Position numbers and translations under genes: made by a program | Assembly: GCA_964016885.1 (NCBI GenBank) | Contig: OZ024758.1 | Location: 16,864,001 to 16,928,000 of the forward strand | Source: Eledone cirrhosa | Lineage: Eukaryota | Reading direction: 5' to 3' | Length of the DNA stretch: 64,000 nt | Notes under the pieces: model-generated | The model's database searches: none | The model's input: the letters and a program-made list of their open reading frames with translations, nothing else | Told to the model about the DNA's origin: nothing | Part shown: positions 52,686-64,000 of the stretch, piece by piece | Numbering within the stretch: position 1 is the stretch's first letter | How the letters are laid out: each line of letters opens with the position of its first letter

Positions 52686-52836
52686 CGTTATTCCGGGTTG
52701 AATCGGAAGTAACCACAGTAAATAAGGTACTCAATACATAGCAGAGTATAAAAGTTTTAATATAGATGAGATGAGAATCTCAGAGATTCCTGATGATTTC
52801 TGAAGAATGAAACAGTTCTAGTCCTGTAGAATCTCA

Positions 52837-52842
<6 letters not shown>
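52686..52842 (+). ncRNA. Second copy of the 49546 repeat with a non-palindromic hammerhead-like core
   Basis: 52686-52772 matches 49546-49631. CTGATGA at 52790-52796, ttc-tgaa-gaa stem, GAAA at 52809-52812, GTC at 52821-52823. Confidence 0.6.
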
Positions 52843-52902
<60 letters not shown>

Positions 52903-53111
52903 TAATATAAGTAGGTATACGTACATACATATATGTATACAGACGTACAGTAGTATGTATATATAAATACATACATGCACACATATATATATGTACGTAT
53001 GGATTCACCGAACATTTATTATAATGCTCGGTGTGTTTGTAAACATATATAATACATATTTACACACACATATATATATCCATACACAAAAACAAACACA
53101 CACACATACAT

Positions 53112-53181
<70 letters not shown>

Positions 53182-53794
53182 TATATATAAGATGGAGTTA
53201 ATAAATGTTGTATCATTATATCATCACACACAACATTATAATAAGCAGATGGTGATATCGACTTGAAAAATTAGAAAATTAATAAATCTGTCTTTAGCTG
53301 CGTGAGTTCACAGTTCTCTTTCTCTACTCTTTATTCTCATTTCTCTATTTTCATTTCATTTCCACTATTCCATACTACTTGTGGTACTTGAAACTGTCTG
53401 ACAATTAGTGTATCTTTTTATGGCTATAACCTATTGGCAAATCTTCAACAACTAAAAGCAATTACGAGAAAAAAAAAATATTTACTAAGTATTCCCCATA
53501 CCTTTGTGGAAATTAGCTGAACACATTACATTTAATCTCTTGAGAGAGAGCCATTAATTCTTATATGAAAATATTATTTCTCTAAGGAAAGCCCAGCAAC
53601 ATTTGTAAATAAACATCACCTCCAGAGAACACTTATCTTATTTAGTTAGTTCTTCATATCTCCCTACAAAACAATATGTATGTTAATATACAGGTTTGTC
53701 ATCAATTGGTTTATTATAATATATTTGACCTTTTATTTCTGTTTTTTTTATTATTATTATTATTATTATTACTATTTTTACCATTTTTTTTAAA

Positions 53795-53842
<48 letters not shown>

Positions 53843-54169
53843 ACACACCTTTCCCTGTTAACATGCATTTTTATAATGGCCAACTTTAAACCTCCACCCT
53901 TGATTTATTTTAATAATATTTCACCTTATATTTGTGTTTTGATATATAATTATTATTGTTATTATTTTCATTATTATTATTATAACATTACCTTTCCAAT
54001 TAACATGCATTTTTATAATGGCCAACTTTACACTCCAGCCTTTTTATAGATAGTATGAAAACAATAACAACAACGACAACAACAAAACAAAGTAAAAAAC
54101 TGAAATATCTTTTAAGTGATTGCTTAAAAGGCAATGTAATTCAAATTATTTACTTACTTATTCTATATA

Positions 54170-54355
54170 TAATAATTGTTTCTACTTTTGGCACAAGGCC
54201 ATCAATTACCCAGTACATTACTGGTACTTTATTTTATCGACCCCGTAAGGATGAAAGGCAAAGTTAACCTCGACGGGATTTGAACTCAGACCATAAAGGG
54301 ACGTAACTATGCTGGAAAGCATGGTGTCCGACTCTCTACCGATACTGTCAATCCC
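54170..54355 (-). mobile_element. SINE family B
   Basis: As 52400-52587. Further copies at 28183-28310, 35815-35935, 38197-38325, 46620-46728 and 59570-59760. Confidence 0.85.
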
Positions 54356-55029
54356 CATAATAATGGAAATTAGTTTGTACAGTACTCAAGTGCACTACAA
54401 CTCATCAAAGGTGTACATATAGTACATAAAATTTTGAAAATATTTACGAATTTCGAATTTCTCATTATCGAGCGGGTGTCTGAGTATATCTTAACATGAC
54501 AAGATTTTGTTTAGATAAATATAAACACTTAATACCCTAGATCCAGGGACAGTTTCAGACAGTTTGGTATTAAATAGTTGAAAAAGACAAAATGATCACA
54601 GCCGAATGCATTTGATTATAGACTTGTTCAATCAGGGTGGACCTATGTCTAACAAATTACAAAACATACTAATTACCTATGTCAATAAAAAGAACAAGAA
54701 TACAGCACATCTCTCTCACCATCCTTCGGGGAAATACTTCCCCATTCTGTCTGCCAAGAGCTGCTGGGTGGCCAGCATGTGGGCCCCCAATTGCACATGA
54801 GTGTGAGAGATGGTGAGAGATGGAGGCAGTGACAGTGGGAGTTTGCTTCCTTTGTGTTCAGACCTTGTGTATGTGTATATGTTTCACAGACACACACTCA
54901 TGTATGTGACTTGACAATTATCTATGTAATTAATTAAATAAATAAAGAAAGATATCGATGTAATTAATTTCATTTTTCACATAAAAAAAATAACTATTGA
55001 ATACAATACACCTTGAGGATAGCTTTTGT

Positions 55030-55760
55030 ATAATGATAGTGTGTGGGAAAGAAGACTGTTTGTATGGACATGTGATGTGCATGGAAGAATGACTGTTGGG
55101 TGAAGAGGTGCCAAGAAATCTTGGTGGAAAGAAGACACAGTAGAAGGAGATCATGAAAAACATGGGTGGAGGTGGTGAGATCTTACCGCAGATCGCTGAA
55201 GCTCACACACAGAGGAGATGACAAAGAACCGTGACGTATGGAGAGATGCTGAAAAGGGCCTGAGCCACCCTTGCAAGCAAGGAAAAACTGATGTAAAATG
55301 ATGATGAGAGTGGTAGAATAAGTATCAAAACTGTATCCTATGGTGGGTTTTTGTAAAAGTCTGTAAGTGATGAAATTGCTCTATAAATTTATTTGGTATG
55401 TGCTTTATCAAATATATTTTATATACTATCATACATCATGAACAATTTTTCACCCAGTTTTCTATGCCAGCATGGGTTGAACAGGTTCGTTCCAGTACAA
55501 CATGTCACCACTTATTGCATAGCTATCTCCTTCACTTCTTTTTCCCATATTTTTTATTAGTTTCCCTATTCTTCAAGTTTATTCCACTGTCATTGTTTGG
55601 CACTTCTTTACTTCTTACTCATCTGTCATCTGTATGTATCAGCACGGTCCTTTCTCTTGCACATAACATATGCTTCCTCATGTACACATTGTTTCTATAT
55701 GCTTCATATACAGTAACATTACATATTCAGTGGAGCATGCTGTCTTCATTTCCTTTGCTC
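55030..55760. mobile_element. Two degraded RTE fragments in opposite orientations
   Basis: Plus strand RLFVWTCDV-type YGHV remnant with tail cccttgcaagcaaggaaaa at 55030-55310; minus-strand remnant at 55440-55760. Confidence 0.6.
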
Positions 55761-55826
55761 ACCCTCTGTGTTCAATACCCGTGTTTTGTTTACTAAATAA
55801 TATCAATTTTTATATACAAAGGTATA

Positions 55827-56166
55827 GAGGCACATGGCTTAGTGGTTAGAGCATTGGCCTTGCAATCGAAAGGTTGTGAGTTCAATTCTCAGACCGGGTG
55901 ATGTGTTGTTTCCTTGAGCAAGACACTTTATTTCACATTGCTCCAGTTTACTCAGCTGTAGAAATGAGATGATAGGGACTGGGGTCCATATCACTCCACT
56001 GTAAAGTGGTCGTGGAGGTGCCACGGCAAAAAAGCACCCAGAACTCACTGTAAATGAGGTTGGTGTTAGGAAGGGCATCCAGCTGTAGAAATCAAGCCAG
56101 AATCAGTTCCCGTCCCACCCTTGCAAGCAGGGAAAAGTGGACGTAAAATGAAATGAATGAAATGAA
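55827..56166 (+). mobile_element. SINE family A, full length
   Basis: As 5838-6180. Confidence 0.9.
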
Positions 56167-57938
56167 ACATTATACAATTTGGCTTTCACTTAGAGAGAGA
56201 GAATCCATTTGTTGTCAGTAGAGTTAATAGAAGCCTAAACTTATTCCACCACATTCAGATTTAGCTACTGATTTCAGAACATCCACCTCTACTGCTGTTC
56301 AAGTTACGTAGGTAATAACATCTTTAAACTAATTCTAAAGATCTTTCCAGACATTTGAAAGAACTTTCTTTGGAGCTGTTATTGCTAATCATTTCTGTTC
56401 ACCTACTATACACATATTTCTCCTTTCTTGGTAATCTGCCTCTATAATCTCACATCACCTTTTATGCACCCAGAAGTTACATTGAGTACACAGTACAGAA
56501 TTCCTAGTAACACATTTTCTGCATATCGAACATGGCCACTTCTCATATAGAAGTATAATCTTGCATTCTTTTCTGCTTGGATTTCTTTCCTCCCTCACTT
56601 CCAGTGTCATATACACTGCTTCTCCTTCTCAAACAAAACATTAAAAAAAGTTAATCAAACAGAAATTTTGCTGTCAATTTAATCATCTATTTACCAGTTT
56701 TTACAAAACTCAGTTTTGTGCTTAATCAACAAAATTCAATTGCACTTCAAGATAGTGAAAAAAAGAAATATTAGTAAAAGAATCATGGGAATGAGATATA
56801 AACATTTTTTCAATATTTTTTCAATATTTTTTAACATATTAGGTTTTAGATTTTTTAAGTATTATGTAGAAATATTGGCCTGACTTCCCATATGGATTAA
56901 TTGGCACACAATAGTTGTAAACATCTCCTCTGTATAATACATCTATTTCCATTCTGCTACACCTTATCAGGAATAGAATAGTATGACAATGATAATCTAG
57001 AAAGGAATATTTATGAATATGAGATAGTCTCATAACTTCCAAACCTTCTATTTCCTTCTATTTTCTTTGAGGATACTTATTTGAATAGCATTAATTTAAT
57101 TGAGAGTGCCAGGCAGTAGAGAGATTCACAGATGTCTTAATAAACTATAACAACTGTCAAATATTCTAGAATACTTATGACAACTCATAAATAATTCAGC
57201 TTTTTTTGTTTGTATTTTTCTTGTTGGTATCAGAAAGAAATTAAAAACATTATATCACATCTGAACAGTTTATACATGTATAAGATCTGTCTAGAAATAT
57301 ATGGTGTAAAAGCATTTCTTTTTAGAAAGATATTTGTGCAAAGTGACATATGAATCAAATGATCGGACTATAATTTAAAATATAGTATTGTCTTTTCTGG
57401 CATTAATGGTAATGAAAAAAAAGGTAGATTTCTCACTTATCAGATAGAATTATAAATTGCATTTTCAATAAATAAATATTACTTGTTGATATATTCTCCT
57501 GTGTTCTGTAATGTAAATCAAATTGAAAATATATAGGAGAATTGAATCTATAAAGCAAGACTTTGAAAACTTCTAACAAACTATTTATCAACATTATATA
57601 AACAACAAACAGATCTACAGACTCATATTAATTTTACAGTAATGAATAATGAAATTTGTTTTGCTATCATAAATATTAAGTCAAAATATGCATGCAATAT
57701 GAAAAGGCATTTTGGATTGGTTACAATTATTAATGAAAAATCATTTTTCAGAGACATTCATTTGTTTTACCCATAACTTATTTATTTCAGATCTCTGAAA
57801 TGAGATTTATAAATACCTAGCAAGAATGTAGAGTTTCACAAATAAATTAAGATTCAGATAATTGAATATATGTTTTGATAGAAACCTAAACAACCTAAGT
57901 GATCAGAATAATATGGTCCAACAATGAAGCCTCTACAT

Positions 57939-58238
57939 CAGGCATGGGCAACCTTTTTCAAGAAGCGGGCCGCCTGAGATATGGCTGATCATCAAGTGGG
58001 ACGCAAGTGCTAATTTACATTCATGCCCACATTAAAAACAAAAGGTGGTAACTCAGGTTGTTTTGATTTGTTTCTTCAGAATTCGTACACATTTTCCTGG
58101 ATTGTGAAAATGATAGAAAGATAAATTACGACTGAAAAGTTGGGGTAAAAAAATCAGAAATATTTCACTTAGGTGACTTAGGTGAGCTATTCAGAAAGCT
58201 TCAGGGGCTGCATGTAGGCCGCAAGTTGCCCATGACTG
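57939..58238. mobile_element. hAT MITE (family H2), second copy
   Basis: TIR caggcatgggcaac / gttgcccatgactg; perfect 8-bp TSD ctctacat. Confidence 0.92.
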
Positions 58239-58308
58239 CTCTACATGTTCACTTGACCTGCTAGAAATAGTTGCCAAAACTCTCCCAAATCAGACTTAAG
58301 TGTCTTAG

Positions 58309-58678
58309 CCCTTTAGCATTTAAACCGGTCGTATCCAACTAGAATTCTCTCAGCTCTTTCTGTTCACACCAGCTGTAACCGGTTGTTAATACTGATGTTA
58401 AGGTATTGTTCTCAAAATAAATAATATAAAAATCTCATAGATTAAACATTATGTGAGATAATTAGGTGAGGGCAAGAGAGATGGAGGTGATGACAGTGGG
58501 AGTTCGGCTCTTCCATGTTCAGACCTGGTATGCAGTGTCAGTTGCCTGTAGGGAGGTAGTGGTTTGTACTTAGCGAAGGTTTTTAGAACTTTGTGTTTGC
58601 AATTCCAAGATTATGTGAAATAAAGCCTTTTCTGTGAAAATGCAATAGTTTATATAGAGTAATGTTAATAATAAAGGA
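58309..58678. mobile_element. P1 MITE interrupted by a CRE 3' UTR fragment
   Basis: ccctttagcattt start; gagagatggaggtgatgacagtgggag at about 58476; the MITE resumes at about 58610. Confidence 0.7.
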
Positions 58679-58769
58679 TTAAAAAAGAGTGAAGGGCATA
58701 TTAAATAATGTAGAATTAAGTATATTACTTTAAAAATAGATCCTTCTATCTCTTTCAACATTATATATT

Positions 58770-59238
58770 ACTAGCAGAAAACCCACCCTTTGGGTGGTTT
58801 CTGCTAGCATGTGTAGTGTGCATATTGATATTATACGCAAGTATGCACAGGAATTGAAGAGAAACTGTGTTACAGTGTCTTCTGTAATCAGAAAAGTAAT
58901 CCATGATACATTTAAAAAAAGATGATATTACATATAAACTGCATTATGGTAAAATGTAATGAAACCTTATATAATTGTTTCTACTTTTGGCACAAGGCCA
59001 GCAATTATTTCAGTGTATTACTGGTACTTTATTTTATCGACCCCGTAAGGATGAAAGGCAAAGTTAAACTCGGCGGGATTTGAACTCAGACCATACCTTA
59101 TAAAATGATGCAAATATATGGATGTTTATATAAACAAGGTAATAAGTGTTATGATATAATGGATGTTAACCGGAAGTGTAGACATTTGAAAATTTTAAAA
59201 GAAGTGAATCTTAAAATAAACAATCATTATATATAAGA
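58770..59238 (+). mobile_element. Possible Helitron/Helentron-like non-autonomous element with a nested SINE B
   Basis: Starts tactagcagaaaacccacc-cttt-gggtggtttctgctag (hairpin) and ends ttatatataaga. Nested SINE at 58972-59094 with accttata TSD. Confidence 0.4.
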
Positions 59239-60390
59239 ATATTTATGTTTAATCAACAGCTACGAAATTTAGTAGATAAATTATGTAATATTCATTCACT
59301 ATTTATTCAAAGTAATCTAACTTATTTTACTAACAGGATAAAAAAATATATTTGGGACACAATCCCGCACTCCTCCCTTTTTTAGAGTCATGATATACAA
59401 TGCTTCAAGCAAGCTACAATATTTTATAGATGAGATGGTTTCAGCTGTGACATGTTTGATCATACATCAGTTACATCAGAACTGACTTGGAACTAAACAA
59501 CAATGATAAAACCAACAACAACAATAACAACGGTATCAACAACATACATTAACATGACAGTGATATGGATAATAATTGTTTCTACTTTAGGCACAAGGCC
59601 AGCAATTACCCAGTGCATTACTGGTACTTTATTTTATCGACCCCGTAAGGATGAAAGGCAAAGTTAACCTCGGCGAGATTTGAACTCAGATCGTAAAGGG
59701 ACGTAACTATGCTGGAAAGCATGGCATCCGACCCTCTACCGATACTGCCAATCCACCGCCCTATGAATAATAATAATACTAACACTATGTAGTCTAAAAA
59801 GAAGAAAAACTTTAGTCATCTTTATATTAGAGTGTATTAAATACAATATACGGACAGTTATTTAAATGACTATCCATGTTGCATTTATTGTTTTCTGTTA
59901 ATTTTCGGGGAGCAGGTGAAATTTTAATGCAGCTAATTACTTGCTTTTATTTGGAGAATCAGTGATGAAATACCTTTTTATTAAAATGGAAAACTAATCT
60001 AATATTAACTTCATAGACGGAGATAATTTCAAAACCAGAAGAAATGATCTTCTTGCTTAATTGGGAAATATATTAACCCTTTTGTTATCATATTTCTAAT
60101 TAAAAATATAACTGCCTGTGATTTTGAAATCACTTTGAAACTAATGAAGAAATTGGAGGAATTTAGCAACATGGCCAGCCGTCTTGTTAATGAACTGATG
60201 TTTGGAACATAACAATTCTTACATATAATTATGGTTTTGTCATTTAGAGACAATGCCAAAAGGGGGAAAGTCAATTAAATCAACATCAGTGTATTACTGG
60301 TACTTTATATTGGTTTCTGATTTAGGCGCAATGCTAACAAGGGGAAGTCAATTAAATCAATCTGAGTGCATTACTGGTACTTTATTTTAT

Positions 60391-61170
60391 CAACACTGCA
60401 GATCTTGGGTACACAAGAGATGTAGTGGGATAGCAGGCAAACTAACAGGTAGGGAAAAAAATACATATGCAGTAGATGTACAGGGAAAGTTGACAGTAGA
60501 AGTTGCATTGATAGACACATTTTTCAAATGCAGGTGGGTTCTATAGAAGTGGTTGATAGCTTCCAGTACCTAGGTGATCAGATTATCATGGGAGAGGATG
60601 TTCCGAGGCCATAGTATCTAGAATAAGGATGGGTTGGAAGAAGTTTAGGGAGCTGCTTCTTCTGCTGATGAAGAAGGGTTTCTCCCTGTGTATGAAAGGC
60701 CGGTTTTATGATACCTGTGTGAGGTGCACGATGCTGCATGGTGGTGGGACATGGGCAGCGACTGCAGAGGATATGCGACGGCTGGAGAGAAATGAGGCAA
60801 GCATGCTCTGTTGGATGTGCAATGTCAATGTGCGTAAACGACCAAGCATGGATGTGTTGAGAGAGAAACTGTGTTTAAGAGAGATAAGTTGTAGGTGTGC
60901 AGGAGAGACGACTGCGATGGTATGGACATGTGATGCGCATGGAGGAAGACCGCTGGGTTAAGGAGTGCCATGAAATGCCAGTTGAAGGAAGATGCAGTAG
61001 AGGAAGACCACAAAAAACATGGGCAGAGATGGTGAGAGCAGACCTCAGATCGCTGAAGCTCACGGTGGAAATGACGAAGGGCCATGACAAGTGAAGATAT
61101 AATGTGCTGAATAGGACCCGTCCCACTCTTGCAAGCAGGGAAAAGTGGACGTAAAATTATGATGATGATG
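60391..61170 (+). mobile_element. 5'-truncated RTE-clade LINE (second family), inserted inside a SINE B
   Basis: WVHKRCSGI, VVDSFQYLGD, GWKKFRELL, MLHGGGTW, RRLRWYGHVMRM and GRPQKTW motifs with frameshifts. Short UTR cccgtcccactcttgcaagcagggaaaagtggacgtaaa(tga)n. The SINE resumes at 61171. Confidence 0.9.
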
Positions 61171-62628
61171 TAAGGATGAAAGGCAAATTTAAACTCAGCA
61201 GGATTTGAATTCAGAATGTAAAGGGCCATAACTCTATGCCGAGAAATATTAAGGTCAGACAATTTTTAAAAAAGGATATTATAAATTAACTTATATTAAC
61301 AACTTTAACAAAAATTGTATTCTTATCTCGTCTCCTCTCAGCATTTACAAAATAATAATTTTGAGATATTTCCTCAATTGTAGCCATATATAATTTGAAT
61401 TTCCTTTTAAAGATATCTTAAAGCTATTTTAAATTATTAATACACTTAAATACACTTTAAATAATGTAATATTTCATTTCTTTCTTTTTCAGACATGATT
61501 TAAGTCGAATCCTTAGAGAAAATATAAAGAGAATTTTATTTTTGTCTTTAATTAGTTTCGTTTAAGTGCTAAAATAATTTTGCATTTTAGAATTATTTTG
61601 CTTGTTTCATTTGTTGAACAGAAGTTGTACTAGAACACAGCTTTCAAAGGTTTGTTTGGTCAATGATATCAACCCAGTATTTATTTCAGTCTGATACATA
61701 TTTTATCAATCATCATTTATGAAATCAATGTTATCAGACATAAAGGAATGTAGCATGAACAACCATAATATTGAGACCAGAGTAAATATAAACAAACTTA
61801 CATACAAGTATATAACAAGGTTTTATGCAGTTTCCATCTACCAAATTATACCTACTTAATCAGAACTGATCTGGAGCAAAACAACAACTGTGATGACCTC
61901 ATGTCCATGTTTGTCTCAAAGGTACAAACACCATTGAGTAGAGATTGGTGTTTTCTCTTAAAAGGAAAAAGCAATCTCTTTAGTGCTAGTACCATGTTAA
62001 AATACACCCAGTATAATTTATAACATGGTTGGCAAATTAACAGAGATATAATGTAGGGTAAAAAGGACACTTTAGTTATTTCAAGAACACAATGCAAAGC
62101 CCAATCCGAGAATCAAACTCACGACCTCAGGATTGTAAGCCCAACACTCTAACCACTAAGCCATGTGCCTTCACTGTATGTATATATACATATATATATA
62201 TATATACAAGTGGAAGGTTAGTAAAATCGAAGTTATGGTAGTGGCCAAACCAACGAAGTAACACTTAGGTTTGCATGAAGCACTCAATATATATATAGAG
62301 GGAGAAAATGTAAGGGAAACACAAATATAAACACAAGGACAATTCCCACTCATCAGTTGTCTTCTGTGGATCACTAATGTTTTGAACGCATTAAAGACAG
62401 TACATCTCACCACAGTACGTTGATAACTAAAAGGGACAGCTATCTGGGAAAAAAAGCAACAACAAAAAAAAATAGACGATAATGAAGAGAACGACAAAAA
62501 AATAAAGATAACAAAAGAAAAAGACATACTGATAGAGAAAGGGAAAACACGAAAGAAGCACTACATGTAAGTTGCAGTAACCGGGGAGAGAGAGAGAGAG
62601 GGAGAAGTTAATACTGAGACCGAACATA

Positions 62629-62998
62629 CCATATTTCCCGGCATCGAGGATGCTACTTACTTTTTTTCTAAAATAAGTCTAAAACATATACCATGCATCC
62701 TGGAGGCCGAAGGTTGTTTATTATTTTTTTCCGAAGTGGATTGGCAGTATCGGTAGAGGGTCGGACACCATGCTTTCATGCATAGAGTTATAGCCCTTGC
62801 CATTCTGAGTTCAAATCCCGCAGAGGTTAACTTTGCCTTTCATCCTTACGGGGTTGATGAAATAAAATACCAGTAATGCACTAGGTAATTGCTGGTCTTG
62901 TGCCAAAAGTAGAAACAATTATTTTTTTTCAAATTTATGGTTGTCAAAATTAGGGTACATCCTTGAGGACGAAGCAGCCTCAGTGCCAGGAAATATGG
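62629..62998. mobile_element. Tc1/pogo-type MITE with a nested SINE B (about 62735-62920)
   Basis: TA TSD; TIR ccatatttcccggcatcgagg / cctcagtgccaggaaatatgg. Confidence 0.8.
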
Positions 62999-63579
62999 TA
63001 AGTTCTGAACCCATACTAACAGCACAAGGGTGAGAGAGAAAAAATAGAGAAAATGTTCAACTGAGAGATATTTTACCAGGCAGTAATTAACCAAAAGCAA
63101 TTCTCTAAATACATTTTGTTTTGTAATTCTGATGTAGTTAGTAATGTAAAGTTTTTATGGTTGTATTTCCATAGCTTTTATGATACAAATAGTTCCATGG
63201 TCAATATTCATTATGTCATACATAACTATTTGCAACACACAAGGCATCACTCCATAAACTATCAATTTATTAGCTACACCAAGTGAAAATGGTGCACTTA
63301 AAAATATGGCTTTTAGTTAGTTTTAAAGAGATTCTACTTAACGTGTTGTCTACCCAATGTTTGTACCAAATATACAATACTGTTTCATCTTATTCTCTTC
63401 CTGTGCATTATTCTAGTTTATTTTTCTATGTCTAATGTTATGGGGTCTATTATATTCCAGTACTATATATATTGGTACTATATTATTTTTCTATGTCTAA
63501 TGTTATGGGGTCTATTATATTCCAGTACTATATATATTGGTCTTGTTCACTTTCATATTTCTGTATATTTGGACGCAAA

Positions 63580-64000
63580 GCCAACAGTTTTGTGGGGAGG
63601 AGAAAGTTGGTTAAATCAACCCCAGTACATGACTGGTACTTTATTTGATCAAACCTGTAAGGATGAAAGGCAAAGCTAACCTTGGCAGGAATTGTACTCA
63701 GCACGTAAAGGGCTATAACTCTATGCCACTAAACATATTGTCTGATGCCCAACTGATACTGTCTATCCACCAAATTAATAATTGTTTCTACTTTTGGCAC
63801 AAGGCCAGCAATTACCCCAGTGGATTACTGGTACTTTATTTTAGCGACCCCGTAAGGATGAAAGGCAAAGTCAACCTCAGCGGGATTTGAACACAGATCA
63901 TAAAGGGCAGTAACTATATGCTGCAAAGCATGGCGGTCGACCCTCTACTGATACTGCCAATCCCCTGCCCTTTTAATAATGGTTTCTGATTTAGGCACAA
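63580..64000 (-). mobile_element. Head-to-tail SINE B copies running to the window end
   Basis: Two cores plus the start of a third. Confidence 0.8.

Noticed and set aside
63420-63540. Local duplication of about 65 bp (also 53820-54040 and 21560-22015)
   Set aside because: Ordinary short duplications with no further structure that I could support.

Overview
AT-rich, repeat-saturated eukaryotic DNA (intronic or intergenic). The repeat families resemble those I recall from octopod cephalopods, but that assignment is an inference and was not searched. I found no intact host protein-coding gene, rRNA operon or tRNA gene. Almost all ORFs in the track are artefacts of microsatellites or SINEs. Supported content: (i) two abundant tRNA-derived SINE families (A, about 340 bp; B, about 190-220 bp); (ii) 3' fragments of non-LTR retrotransposons (several RTE-clade families, a CRE-like restriction-endonuclease type, a Vingi/Ingi-like CCHC end); (iii) a fossil piggyBac transposase (22052-23350, minus) plus about 10 TTAA-flanked MITEs; (iv) hAT, Tc1/mariner and pogo/Tigger MITEs with readable TIRs and TSDs; (v) many foldbacks, several carrying hammerhead-ribozyme-like cores, as expected for Penelope-like elements; (vi) many tandem arrays built from pieces of these elements. 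The most notable observations are a 54-bp-arm perfect palindrome whose axis sits on a hammerhead core, a 26-nt 28S rRNA fragment fused to an inverted RTE piece, a SINE/LINE module-sharing set, and repeated conversion of transposable elements into satellites.
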